In this document: positions 1 through 10,237 of the stretch, one piece after another
Numbering within the stretch: the first letter of the stretch is position 1
Layout: the number at the start of each line of letters is the position of its first letter
Source: a bacterium
Lineage (GTDB): Bacteria; Zhuqueibacterota; Zhuqueibacteria; Residuimicrobiales; Krinioviventaceae
DNA length: 64,000 nt
Reading direction: 5' to 3'
Assembly (NCBI GenBank): GCA_963675755.2
Contig: CAXXMD010000002.1
Span: 608,001-672,000, forward strand
The notes under the pieces: model-generated
The model's input: only the letters and a program-made list of their open reading frames with translations
Database searches by the model: none
What the model was told of the DNA's origin: nothing
Translations under genes and position numbers: made by a program

Positions 1-1
1 G

Positions 2-274
2 CGCGTAAAAGAATCTGACCGAATTAAAACTGTAGTAGATAACCTGAAACGTATGAAAGCCAATATTCGTGAGATCAAAGATGGTATGATCATTGACGGT
101 CCATCTAAGCTCAAAGGTGCTGAAATTGACAGTTTTGGTGATCACCGTATTGCAATGGCATTTGCAATTGCAGGTTTGGTTGCCGAAGGAGAGACGTTAA
201 TCAAAAACACAGATTGTGTTGATACTTCTTTTCCTGGATTCTTTGACAAGCTGGAGTCGTTACGTAATGATTGA
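2..274 (+). CDS. aroA: EPSP synthase, C-terminal part (5' end outside the window)
   Basis: Frame 2 reads RVKESDRI...[16 protein letters not shown]...VDTSFPGFF, the C-terminal EPSP synthase motifs. First gene of the aro cluster here. Confidence 0.95.
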   Translation, partial: RVKESDRIKTVVDNLKRMKANIREIKDGMIIDGPSKLKGAEIDSFGDHRIAMAFAIAGLVAEGETLIKNTDCVDTSFPGFFDKLESLRND

Positions 275-1142
275 TGCCAAAACCCGAGTTTTAGCTGTAA
301 TTGGCGATCCTATCGAACATAGTCTGTCACCTCTTATGCAGAACTGGTTTATCCATAAAACCGGGATAAATGCTGTTTATACTGCATTTCATGTTAAACC
401 TGAAAATGTTAAAGATTGCGTAGCAGGTATGCGAGCAATGAATATTGCGGGTTTAAATGTAACTGCTCCACACAAACAACTTGTAGTGGATCATGTAGAT
501 TCAGTGTCAAATGAAGTTGAACTCTTGGGTGCTTCGAATACACTTGTTAATACTGATGGTAAAATTTCAGCATATGTTACAGACCCGTTTGGTTTTATAG
601 AATCTTTGGGCCCTGAAAAAGACCGCTTTATGGATGCTACAGTTGTATTGTTTGGCGCCGGTGGTGCTGCTATGTCAATTGTTTATGCATTATCCAGATT
701 AAGAGTTAAAAAAATCTTTATTACCGATCTCTATCCTGAAAAAGCTGCAGATTTACACAAAATGGCAACTCATGATCTCAATATAACAGATGTAACCATT
801 ATCGATCCTGATAATAAAGATAAATCCGATATCATTCGGGATGCTGATGTATTAATCAATGCAACTGCTGTTGGTATGCATCCACTGGTTGGTAAATCCG
901 TAATTGAAGATTTTACTCCTATTGGTCCCAAACATTTTGTTTACGATCTAATATACAATCCGGGTGTTACCCACTTAATGCATAATGCACAAAAGCAGGG
1001 TGCAAGCGTGCAAAACGGACTCGAGATGTTGATTTTTCAAGGTCTTGAATCTTTCCGGTTGTTTACCGGAGAATCTGTTCAGCTTGAAGAAAAGGAGCTG
1101 AGTGAATTAAAATCTATTATGAATAAGGCTTTAGGTTTATGA
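267..1142 (+). CDS. aroE: Shikimate dehydrogenase
   Basis: [45 protein letters not shown]. Start moved to ATG 267 (GGAG at 253-256), overlapping the end of aroA. Confidence 0.93.
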   Translation: MIDAKTRVLAVIGDPIEHSLSPLMQNWFIHKTGINAVYTAFHVKPENVKDCVAGMRAMNIAGLNVTAPHKQLVVDHVDSVSNEVELLGASNTLVNTDGKISAYVTDPFGFIESLGPEKDRFMDATVVLFGAGGAAMSIVYALSRLRVKKIFITDLYPEKAADLHKMATHDLNITDVTIIDPDNKDKSDIIRDADVLINATAVGMHPLVGKSVIEDFTPIGPKHFVYDLIYNPGVTHLMHNAQKQGASVQNGLEMLIFQGLESFRLFTGESVQLEEKELSELKSIMNKALGL

Positions 1143-2344
1143 ATAAAATTAGGTTTCTGACTGCCGGAGAATCTCACGGTCAAGCTTTAAATGCTATCAT
1201 TGAAGGACTTCCGGCCAATCTTGAAATCAGTGAAGTAGAAATACGTTATGATCTTGCCCGCAGACAACGCGGTTATGGTCGTGGTGGCAGGATGCAAATC
1301 GAAAAAGATTATGCAAGAATTATGACAGGTGTTAGATACGGAAAAACACTGGGAAGTCCTGTTTCTTTATTACTTGAAAACAAAGACTGGCCCAACTGGA
1401 CTGAGAAAATGTCTGTAACTCCTGTTGATAATCCTGTCCCCAAGTTACAGATGCCACGTCCGGGACACGCTGATTTTTCCGGTATGGTTAAATATCAGCA
1501 GGATGATTTGCGAAACTTGCTGGAACGCTCATCCGCACGTGAAACCACAATGCGTGTAGCAGTGGGTGCTGTTTGCAAAAAGCTTTTATCTGAATTTGGT
1601 ATTAAAATATATGGACATGTTGTAAGAATTGGTTCTGTTGAATCTCATTTTTCGGGCTTGAATGTTACCCGTAAAGATTTTGACGATCCTGATTTTGTTG
1701 AAAACTGGAATGATACATTTAATCAAGTAGAATCTGCTGAAATGGCATGTGCTGACGCTAAAGCAAATAAAGCCATGATGGATCTTGTTGATGATGCCAA
1801 AGAAAAAGGAACTTCTTTGGGTGGTCAGTTTGAGGTCATTGCAACCGGTCTTCCCGTCGGTTTAGGCAGCCATGTACACTGGGATCGCAAACTGGACGCT
1901 CACATTGCTTATGCAATGATGAGTATTAATGCCATGAAATCCGTTGAAATTGGAATGGGTGTTGGTGTTGCTCAAAATCCAGGCAGTGCTGTACATGACC
2001 AGATTTATTATAATAAAAAAAACGGATATTATCGTACCAGCAATAATGCCGGTGGTCTGGAAGGCGGTATGACCAATGGAGAGCCGGTTATTGCCCGTAT
2101 TTCAATGAAACCCCTGCCAACCATGGTAACACCTTTAGACTCTGTTGATGTAAAAACAAAGTCATCAAAACAGGCTCATTATGAGCGTGCGGATGTTTGT
2201 GCTGTTCCTGCTGCAGTAATTGTAGGTGAAGCCATGATGGCAATTGTACTTGCAAATGCTTTGATTGATAAAATTGGCGGTGACTCGATAGAAGAGATGA
2301 AACGAAACTATAAAGGATTGCCCAATGTACCCCTGGGATGGTAA
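1139..2344 (+). CDS. aroC: Chorismate synthase
   Basis: TAGESHG, RPGHAD, ERSSARET, SNNAGGLEGGMTNGEP, ERADVC motifs. Confidence 0.97.
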   Translation: MNKIRFLTAGESHGQALNAIIEGLPANLEISEVEIRYDLARRQRGYGRGGRMQIEKDYARIMTGVRYGKTLGSPVSLLLENKDWPNWTEKMSVTPVDNPVPKLQMPRPGHADFSGMVKYQQDDLRNLLERSSARETTMRVAVGAVCKKLLSEFGIKIYGHVVRIGSVESHFSGLNVTRKDFDDPDFVENWNDTFNQVESAEMACADAKANKAMMDLVDDAKEKGTSLGGQFEVIATGLPVGLGSHVHWDRKLDAHIAYAMMSINAMKSVEIGMGVGVAQNPGSAVHDQIYYNKKNGYYRTSNNAGGLEGGMTNGEPVIARISMKPLPTMVTPLDSVDVKTKSSKQAHYERADVCAVPAAVIVGEAMMAIVLANALIDKIGGDSIEEMKRNYKGLPNVPLGW

Positions 2345-2861
2345 AAACGTCTATTTTTTAGGATTTATGGCTTCCGGAAAATCTGCAATTGGTCGTGAAT
2401 TTTCTAAAATGTTGGGTTGGCCTTTTTATGATACAGATGATCTTGTAGAAAAATCTGCCGGTAAAACAATCAGTGAGATTTTCGAACAGGATGGAGAACA
2501 GGCTTTTCGTGATCTTGAAACACGTGTGATCAAATCCGTTTCTGAACAAAAACATCAGGTTATTTCACTTGGTGGAGGAGCGATAATTCGTCAGGATAAT
2601 TGGAAATATATTACCGAATCCGGAATTACAATCGGACTCATGGCACCTGTAAATGTATTAGCTGAACGTATTGCAAGAAAATCTCATCGACCTTTGATGT
2701 ACAATTTAAAAGGGGATGAATTGATTAAAAAAATTGAAACTATGCTTGAAGAACGTGAACCTTATTATATTCGCGCACAATACAAGTTTGAAAATACAGG
2801 ACTTTTAACCGTTCATGACTTTACCCAGGAAATATTTAATACAATCCGGGATGATATATGA
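2325..2861 (+). CDS. aroK: Shikimate kinase
   Basis: P-loop GFMASGKS, DTD, GEQAFRDLE, SLGGG, RPL. Confidence 0.95.
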   Translation: MYPWDGKNVYFLGFMASGKSAIGREFSKMLGWPFYDTDDLVEKSAGKTISEIFEQDGEQAFRDLETRVIKSVSEQKHQVISLGGGAIIRQDNWKYITESGITIGLMAPVNVLAERIARKSHRPLMYNLKGDELIKKIETMLEEREPYYIRAQYKFENTGLLTVHDFTQEIFNTIRDDI

Positions 2862-3955
2862 AAACCGTTAATATAGATCTGGGTGAAAGAGGATATTCTA
2901 TTCAAATTGGACCGGGGATTCTGTCAAGTTTACCTGAACTGTTAGTAAAACATGGATTACAGGAAGAATTGTACATCATCACCGACACCAATGTTGATCA
3001 TTACTATCATCAAACAATAATAGAGCTATTTGATAACACTGACATAAATCCAGTAATATTCACCGTACCGGCAGGCGAGAAATCCAAATCTCTTGACGTT
3101 GCAAATCATCTTTATACCCAATTACTTGAAAATAACGCTACACGTAAAGCTGCAGTTGTTGCTTTTGGAGGTGGTGTAGTAGGGGATCTTGCCGGTTTTA
3201 TTGCTGCTACCTTTATGAGAGGTGTTCCGTTTGTGCAGGTTCCAACCACTATACTAAGTCAGGTTGACAGTAGTGTTGGTGGTAAAGTGGGAATTAATCA
3301 CCCCTTGGGTAAAAATCTTATTGGTGCTTTTTATCAACCTGAATTTGTCCTAATTGATCCCGATGTTTTAATAACATTGCCCGAGAGAGAAATCAAAGCC
3401 GGTCTTGCTGAAGTTATTAAATACAGTTTTATTTGGGATAAAGACTTTTTTACCTCTCTTTCTGAGCATATTGATTCGTTAATTACCTTGTCAGACACAG
3501 AATACCTTGTTGATGTTTTGGCTACATGTTGTGAGATAAAAGCAGAGGTTGTGGAAAAGGATGAAAAAGAATCGGGATTGCGCAGTATATTAAACTTTGG
3601 TCATACTGCAGGCCATGCTCTGGAAGCTGTTACCGGGTATAAGCAATTTCTCCATGGAGAAGCTGTATCGCATGGTATGCGTGCTGCCATCCATTTATCT
3701 ATGCTTGAAAATCGAATCGATCAGGAAACTTTAAACAATGCATTAAAGCTGATAGATCTTTTAACCCCACCTGCAATTCCATCTTTTGTCTCTGTCGAAG
3801 AAATACTAGATGCTACTAAAAAAGACAAAAAACGCTCAAAATCAGGGCAGCTATGGATTTTATTGGATGAAATTGGAAAATATGCAATGACAAGAGATGT
3901 TTCCATGGATAATATCAAGTTCGCAGTTGAATTTATGATCAGGTACAAGATATGA
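2858..3955 (+). CDS. aroB: 3-dehydroquinate synthase
   Basis: [57 protein letters not shown]. Confidence 0.97.
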   Translation: MKTVNIDLGERGYSIQIGPGILSSLPELLVKHGLQEELYIITDTNVDHYYHQTIIELFDNTDINPVIFTVPAGEKSKSLDVANHLYTQLLENNATRKAAVVAFGGGVVGDLAGFIAATFMRGVPFVQVPTTILSQVDSSVGGKVGINHPLGKNLIGAFYQPEFVLIDPDVLITLPEREIKAGLAEVIKYSFIWDKDFFTSLSEHIDSLITLSDTEYLVDVLATCCEIKAEVVEKDEKESGLRSILNFGHTAGHALEAVTGYKQFLHGEAVSHGMRAAIHLSMLENRIDQETLNNALKLIDLLTPPAIPSFVSVEEILDATKKDKKRSKSGQLWILLDEIGKYAMTRDVSMDNIKFAVEFMIRYKI

Positions 3956-4395
3956 TCAAAGTACTTGTCATACATGGTCCCAATCTTAATCTCCTGGGTG
4001 ACAGGGAACCGGATGTCTATGGAACCCTGACTCTTGATAATATAAATAATGAAATTACCAGGCTTGCCAAGTCTCTGGATATTACTGTTGAATGCTTTCA
4101 ATCCAATCATGAAGGAGAATTGATTGATTTCATTCATAATAACCGTTTTTCTGCTAATGGAATTGTAATCAATCCAGGTGCTTATACACATTACTGTTAT
4201 GCCATTCGTGATGCAATATCCGCCGTAAAATTACCAACTGTTGAAGTACACTTGTCTGATATTCACAAACGAGAAGATTTTCGTAAAATTTCTGTCATTC
4301 AACCGGTATGTATCCACCAAATTTATGGTAAAGGTTTAGACAGTTATCTCGAAGGTCTTATATTTTTAAACCAACACTTTAAACAAAATTTGTAA
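3952..4395 (+). CDS. aroQ: Type II 3-dehydroquinate dehydratase
   Basis: [50 protein letters not shown]. Confidence 0.96.
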   Translation: MIKVLVIHGPNLNLLGDREPDVYGTLTLDNINNEITRLAKSLDITVECFQSNHEGELIDFIHNNRFSANGIVINPGAYTHYCYAIRDAISAVKLPTVEVHLSDIHKREDFRKISVIQPVCIHQIYGKGLDSYLEGLIFLNQHFKQNL

Positions 4396-4447
4396 TTCTC
4401 TCATGGGGTATAGTTTCCACATCTTGTTTGTCCGATTTAATTAGTTA

Positions 4448-4476
4448 TTGATTCTTTATTTCAATTGTTCTATATT
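4448..4476 (+). promoter_or_regulatory. Putative sigma70 promoter for polX
   Basis: TTGATT (4448-4453), 17 bp spacer, TATATT (4471-4476), just upstream of a GGAG RBS. Confidence 0.5.
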
Positions 4477-4501
4477 TTAAATTCTATTATTGGAGATTTA
4501 T

Positions 4502-6214
4502 TTGAAAAATATTGAAATTGCAAATATTTTTATGCAAATGGCCGATATTTTAGAGTTTAATGGTGAGTCACCATTCAAGGTCAATGCTTATCGTAAAGGT
4601 GCCCGTATTCTTGAAGAAATGACAGAAGATATTGAATCTGTCTGGCAATCCGGTAATCTACAGGATATTCCTGGTATTGGTAAAGCCCTTTACGGTAAAA
4701 TAGAATCTTTTTTAACTCATGGAAACATACCACAATTTGATGAATTATTAAAAGATACCCCCAAAGATCTTTTTTTATTATTAAAAATACCAAATTTTGG
4801 CCCCAAAACCGCTGCCCTGGCATACAAAGAGTTGAAAGTACAAACACTCGATGATTTAAAAACTGTAATCGAATCCGGCAAGTTGGAATCATTACCTGGC
4901 ATGGGTGCAAAGCGTGTTGAAAAAATTAAAAAAAGTGTCGAGTTGTTAAAGGCTTCGCAGGAACGCTTATCTATTGGACTTGCTATTCCCATTGTTCAGG
5001 AGACTATAGATTATTTAAACGAACATGTTGGTGATAAAATCATCAAAATAACAACTGCCGGCTCAACCCGAAGAGGAAGAGAAACCGTTCATGATATTGA
5101 TATTCTGGTTTCATCCGAAAATCCTCAAGAAGTAATCGAATGCTTTACCCAAATGCCGGGCGTAACTTCTGTATTGGGTTCAGGTTCGACAAAGGGCAGC
5201 ATTATTGTAAATGATCGTGAACAAATTGATTTACGTGCAGTGCCTGAAGAAAGCTTTGGAGCAGCATTGCAATATTTTACAGGTTCTAAAGCGCATAATG
5301 TAAAACTTCGCGGAATAGCCAAATCTCAGGGTTATAAAATCAATGAATACGGCATTTTCAAAGATGACACCAAAGTTGGCGGCGAAACTGAAAAAGAAAT
5401 TTATGAACAATTGGGCCTGGTTTGGATTCCCCCTGAATTACGCGAAGATCGGGGAGAGATAGAAGCCGCTGCAGAGAATACTTTACCCGAGTTGATTACT
5501 GATACTGATATGCTTGCAGATTTACATATGCACACCCACTATAGTGACGGTCAATTATCAATTCAAGAAATGGCTGAAGCAGTTAGACAATTGGGTTATA
5601 AATATATGGCAATTACTGATCATTCGGCCAGTGCATTTTACGCAAATGGGCTGCAAGTTGATAGATTAAAGAAACAAATTGATGAAATACATGAGATTAA
5701 CAGTAACTATTCTGATTTTGAAATTCTTGCAGGCTCTGAGGTAGATATTTTACCCAATGGAAATCTTGATTTTGATGATGAAATGCTAAAACAACTTGAT
5801 TTTGTTGTAGCATCCATACACTCGGCATTCACTACAAAACCCACCGAGAGAACGCTTGCCGCCATTGAAAATCCATTTGTGGATGTAATAGGGCATCCTA
5901 CTGGTAGATTAATCTCTCGACGTGAAGGGTTCAATTTGGACATGGAAAAGGTAATGCAGCGCGCAGCTGAAACGGGTACTGCCCTTGAAGTCAATGCCTA
6001 TTGGGACCGGTTGGATTTGTCTGATATCCACATCAAACAAGCAATTTCAATGGGTGTTAAATTGTCAATCAATACAGACAGTCACCATACACGGCACTTG
6101 AGTATGATGCAATTTGGTATAGCTACAGCAAGACGGGGGTGGGCAACAAAATTTGATGTAATTAATACAATGTCCCTTGAACAATTGCGGACATGGCAAA
6201 AGCGAAATAACTGA
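4502..6214 (+). CDS. polX: DNA polymerase X with C-terminal PHP domain
   Basis: HhH motifs (IPGIGK, LPGMGAK), AGSTRRGRETVHDIDIL, YFTGSKAHN, PHP motifs DLHMHT, ITDHS, HPTGR, NTDSH. TTG start at 4502 after GGAG. Confidence 0.95.
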   Translation: MKNIEIANIFMQMADILEFNGESPFKVNAYRKGARILEEMTEDIESVWQSGNLQDIPGIGKALYGKIESFLTHGNIPQFDELLKDTPKDLFLLLKIPNFGPKTAALAYKELKVQTLDDLKTVIESGKLESLPGMGAKRVEKIKKSVELLKASQERLSIGLAIPIVQETIDYLNEHVGDKIIKITTAGSTRRGRETVHDIDILVSSENPQEVIECFTQMPGVTSVLGSGSTKGSIIVNDREQIDLRAVPEESFGAALQYFTGSKAHNVKLRGIAKSQGYKINEYGIFKDDTKVGGETEKEIYEQLGLVWIPPELREDRGEIEAAAENTLPELITDTDMLADLHMHTHYSDGQLSIQEMAEAVRQLGYKYMAITDHSASAFYANGLQVDRLKKQIDEIHEINSNYSDFEILAGSEVDILPNGNLDFDDEMLKQLDFVVASIHSAFTTKPTERTLAAIENPFVDVIGHPTGRLISRREGFNLDMEKVMQRAAETGTALEVNAYWDRLDLSDIHIKQAISMGVKLSINTDSHHTRHLSMMQFGIATARRGWATKFDVINTMSLEQLRTWQKRNN

Positions 6215-6989
6215 TACCTGGCAGGAAAAAAGACTGGCAAAGCTTTCTCATAAATTGATCCGTTTTTTCTATCTAGACAAAATTTTTGCGGATAACGGAT
6301 ATTTGCTAAGCAGTAGAACACCATTTTATGGATTGTTGAGCACAATTCCATTGTTGATAATTTATGAAATAATGACCTTGTTTGTAGGTCATTATGAAAG
6401 CTATTCGGTCCGTAATTATGCGGAAATATTGTTCAAAGAACTGCTCGATCTATTGGGATTACATGGTCCCTTTATGTTTGCTTTGTTGGTAATTATTGTT
6501 TTGGCAGTTGTGTATTATTTCAGGGACCAGAAACATAAAAAGTTTTCACCCAGTTATTTAGGCTACATGTTTTTAGAAAGTACGTTTTATGCTATATTTC
6601 TGGGTTTTATAGCATCCCGTTTTACCCGAATGCTATTCATGGTTATTAATCCTCAAGATCAGCAGGTTTCAATTATGCTGTCATTGGGTGCCGGATTTTA
6701 TGAAGAATTAATATTTCGTGTACTACTTTTTGGAATAACTGCCCGCACTTTGATATTATTAAAGATGCAGAAATTTTCCGCGTATTTAATTTCTGCATTG
6801 TTTTCTTCTGTTTTGTTCTCCTGGAGCCATTATATGGGATCAGAACAGTTTCAAATTATAACCGGATTTTTCCGGTTGTTTATGGGCATTATGTTTTGTG
6901 TATTATATAAATTGAGAGGCTTTGGGATCACCGCTTATACACATGCGTTATATGATCTGTTTCTTTTGGTAAATGTATGGTCAGTTTAA
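6177..6989 (+). CDS. CPBP/Abi (CAAX prenyl protease-like) intramembrane glutamic protease; true start probably downstream of 6177
   Basis: Multi-TM protein with AGFYEELIFR, FSWSHY and HALYD motifs. Confidence 0.8.
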   Translation: MNNCGHGKSEITDTWQEKRLAKLSHKLIRFFYLDKIFADNGYLLSSRTPFYGLLSTIPLLIIYEIMTLFVGHYESYSVRNYAEILFKELLDLLGLHGPFMFALLVIIVLAVVYYFRDQKHKKFSPSYLGYMFLESTFYAIFLGFIASRFTRMLFMVINPQDQQVSIMLSLGAGFYEELIFRVLLFGITARTLILLKMQKFSAYLISALFSSVLFSWSHYMGSEQFQIITGFFRLFMGIMFCVLYKLRGFGITAYTHALYDLFLLVNVWSV

Positions 6990-8038
6990 ATTTTAAAAAA
7001 TATTATAAACATATTCTAACTATATTATTGCTGATAATCCTGTTTGTCGGATTATCAGTTTATTTTTATTTCAATTATCCTTTTAATAACCAAGATCTAA
7101 CCCAAAAAGATTTTATTATTGAATGGGGCGAATCTTTTTCTTCTGTTAGTAATCGATTAGAAGCTGATTCGCTAGTTAAAAGTTCTAATGGTTTAAAGGT
7201 ATTGGCCCGTATTACGGGTGAAACCATGGATATTAAAGCAGGTAAATATACTTTACCTAAAACCGGTTCCTTGTCTTATGTTCTGAATATGATTACAGAG
7301 GGGCGTCAGAGTTTTATCAAAGTTACCATTCCTGAAGGCTTAACCATACAACGCATTGCCACATTACTCGAAGATACTTTAAAGATTGATCCGGTTGAAT
7401 TTAAACGATTGACTCATGATTCAAGTTATATCAAAACTCTTGGGCTTGGTAATGGAGCCTCTTCAATATCTCTGGAAGGGTATCTGTTTCCTGATACTTA
7501 TAATTTTCCGTATGGATTGAATGAAAAACAGATAATAAGACAATTAGTATCAGCTTTTAAAAGTCAGGTTTCTGACTATATGGTGAATGCCGGTTCTGCA
7601 TACAATTTTGATTTGAACCAGATTATTGCACTCGCTTCTATTATAGAGGGAGAGGCTATTCTTGATGATGAGAAACCCGTCATTTCATCCGTTTATCACA
7701 ACCGATTACGTCTAGGTATGCTGTTGCAGGCAGATCCCACCATTCAATATATTATAGATGACGGTCCCCGTCGCTTACTTAACAGAGATCTGCAAATTGA
7801 ATCACCTTATAATACATACAAATATGCCGGTTTACCTCCGGGCCCAATTAATAATCCCGGTTTAGCAGCAATCAAAGCTGCAGTATTTCCGGTTGAGAGT
7901 AAATTTTTATATTTTGTAGCTGATGGAAAAGGGGGGCATGTTTTTAGTGAAACCCTTGCTCAGCATAATCGAGCAAAACAGCAGTTTAATCAGATTAGAC
8001 GGCAGGTTGCCAGAGAAAAACGCAGGAAGGAAATGTAA
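6977..8038 (+). CDS. mltG: Endolytic transglycosylase MltG (YceG family)
   Basis: N-terminal TM, TIPEG, LEGYLFPDTY, LASIIEGE, LQADPT, SPYNTY, GLPPGPINNPG. Confidence 0.95.
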   Translation: MVSLNFKKYYKHILTILLLIILFVGLSVYFYFNYPFNNQDLTQKDFIIEWGESFSSVSNRLEADSLVKSSNGLKVLARITGETMDIKAGKYTLPKTGSLSYVLNMITEGRQSFIKVTIPEGLTIQRIATLLEDTLKIDPVEFKRLTHDSSYIKTLGLGNGASSISLEGYLFPDTYNFPYGLNEKQIIRQLVSAFKSQVSDYMVNAGSAYNFDLNQIIALASIIEGEAILDDEKPVISSVYHNRLRLGMLLQADPTIQYIIDDGPRRLLNRDLQIESPYNTYKYAGLPPGPINNPGLAAIKAAVFPVESKFLYFVADGKGGHVFSETLAQHNRAKQQFNQIRRQVAREKRRKEM

Positions 8039-10234
8039 TTGAGTTCTACGACGGATTGGATATATAAAGAATTAAACGAGAATCAACTTGCGGCTGTAAA
8101 ACAGCTTGATGGTCCGGTATTGATACTTGCCGGTGCGGGTAGTGGTAAAACACGTGTTTTAACTTATCGTATTGCAAATTTACTGGCCCAAAACAAAGCT
8201 GAACCTTACCAGATCCTTTCTATGACATTTACAAACAAAGCGGCAGCAGAGATGCGGGAACGAATTGAAAAACTCGTTCCTGAAAATTCTGATGGAATGT
8301 GGATGGGTACTTTTCATTCCTTGTTTGCAAAATTATTGCGCAGGGATGGAGACAAGATTGGTTTTGATAGAAACTTTACGATATATGATGTAGCAGATCA
8401 GGTTACACTGCTTAAAACGATTATTGGCGAGTTGAAACTTCCTGTGCAGGAAGTTCAGCCTAAAATTGTACAGAATAAGATCAGCAATGCCAAAAATGCC
8501 ATGATCATGCCCGAAGAATACAGTAACACTGTTGGAAATCCTATGGATGAGGTGGTTGCTAAAATCTATGCATTATATCAAAAACGGTTGTTGGAAAACA
8601 ATGCAATGGATTTTGATGATTTATTAATTAAACCTATTGAGCTTTTTACTAAAAATCCAGATGTTCAGGCATTTTATCAAAACCGTTTCAAGTATATCAT
8701 GGTTGATGAGTATCAGGATACAAACCACGCACAGTATAGAGCGTTGAAAATGATGACCGGCCAGGCAGGTAATATTTGTGTAGTGGGTGATGATGATCAA
8801 TCTATTTACCGATGGCGAGGTGCAGATCTTCGGAATATTCTCGAGTTTGAATCTGACTATCCCAAGTGTAAAAAATTTCGTCTGGAACAGAATTATCGTT
8901 CTACTAAAAATATTTTGGCAGCAGCGCACTCTGTGATTGTACATAATGTAAAACGTCATGATAAAGAGTTGTGGACGAACAGAGAGCCGGGAGAGCAGGT
9001 AACTTTGACGACATTGTATGATGAACGTGAAGAAGCCCGATACATTGTTGGTCAGATTGGTAACGAATTCCGCAAGGCTGAGCGAAGATTTTATGATTTT
9101 TCTATATTGTATCGTACCAATGCGCAGTCCCGTGTTATTGAAGAGGCGTTACGTATTGATGGTATACCTTATATCATTGTAGGTGGCGTAAAATTTTATG
9201 AACGCAAAGAAGTCAAAGATGTTCTCGCTTATCTCAAAGTATTGGTTAATCCTGCTGATAGTATAAGTTTAAAGCGCATTATAAATTTCCCCTTGCGTGG
9301 CATTGGTGATTCTACCATTCAAAAACTTGAACTATACGCATTTGAGAAAAGTAGATCTATCTATGAAGTATTAAAATATGTAGATGAAATCCAGGGTATT
9401 ACTGATAAAACAGTAAAACGAATTAGCAATTTTTACAAATTATTGAAAAAGTACCATTCATTGCAGGAAAAAGTATCTCCAACTGAACTTGCTACTTCTT
9501 TGGTTGAAGAAACCGGTATACTCAAGCAGTATAAAGAAGATACTTCTGTAGAATCTCAAACCCGTGCTGAAAACGTTCGCGAGCTTTTGATAGCTATTGC
9601 TGAATATTGTAAACAAAACGGATCAGAAGCAACACTCGAAGCATTTTTGCAACATGTAACATTGACTACTGATATTGATACCTGGGATGATAAATCCAAT
9701 GCGGTGACCATGATGACCCTGCACGCTGCAAAGGGTTTGGAATTTCCTGTTGTGTTTATCACAGGACTTGAAGAAGGATTGTTTCCTACTTCACGAAGTC
9801 TGGATGATCCTCATGCGCTTGAAGAGGAGAGACGCTTGTTTTATGTTGGCGCTACCCGAGCACAGGATAAACTGTACCTAACATTAACAAAAAACAGACA
9901 GCGTTACGGTGAAAATCCTGCACGGGTAAAATCCCGTTTCATTAAAGAATTAGACTCCCGTTATGTCCAGTATGAACAAAGTCGTACCATACAGGCCAAA
10001 GAAATTAAAAAGCCACGTGTGTATTACGATGCTGATTCAATGCCTGACTATGAAAACATGTCTCAGGAGAATATTGAATTTTCTGTAGGAATGCGGGTAA
10101 AACATGTTAAATTTGGTAAAGGAAATATTTTAAAAATTGAACCCAGTCATGGAACATACAAGCTGCTTGTGATGTTTGATACAGCAGGAGAAAAACGACT
10201 TGTATTACCTTATGCAAAATTGGAAATTTTATAG
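8039..10234 (+). CDS. pcrA: ATP-dependent DNA helicase UvrD/PcrA
   Basis: LAGAGSGKT, VDEYQDTN, VGDDDQSIY, LEQNYRS, LYRTNAQSR, HAAKGLEF, EEERRLFYV and a C-terminal Tudor-like tail. Confidence 0.95.
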   Translation: MSSTTDWIYKELNENQLAAVKQLDGPVLILAGAGSGKTRVLTYRIANLLAQNKAEPYQILSMTFTNKAAAEMRERIEKLVPENSDGMWMGTFHSLFAKLLRRDGDKIGFDRNFTIYDVADQVTLLKTIIGELKLPVQEVQPKIVQNKISNAKNAMIMPEEYSNTVGNPMDEVVAKIYALYQKRLLENNAMDFDDLLIKPIELFTKNPDVQAFYQNRFKYIMVDEYQDTNHAQYRALKMMTGQAGNICVVGDDDQSIYRWRGADLRNILEFESDYPKCKKFRLEQNYRSTKNILAAAHSVIVHNVKRHDKELWTNREPGEQVTLTTLYDEREEARYIVGQIGNEFRKAERRFYDFSILYRTNAQSRVIEEALRIDGIPYIIVGGVKFYERKEVKDVLAYLKVLVNPADSISLKRIINFPLRGIGDSTIQKLELYAFEKSRSIYEVLKYVDEIQGITDKTVKRISNFYKLLKKYHSLQEKVSPTELATSLVEETGILKQYKEDTSVESQTRAENVRELLIAIAEYCKQNGSEATLEAFLQHVTLTTDIDTWDDKSNAVTMMTLHAAKGLEFPVVFITGLEEGLFPTSRSLDDPHALEEERRLFYVGATRAQDKLYLTLTKNRQRYGENPARVKSRFIKELDSRYVQYEQSRTIQAKEIKKPRVYYDADSMPDYENMSQENIEFSVGMRVKHVKFGKGNILKIEPSHGTYKLLVMFDTAGEKRLVLPYAKLEIL

Positions 10235-10237
10235 CTT

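Noticed and set aside
6212-6214. TGA at the end of polX as possible readthrough
   Set aside because: The PHP domain is complete, there is no redox-motif context and I saw no convincing hairpin.
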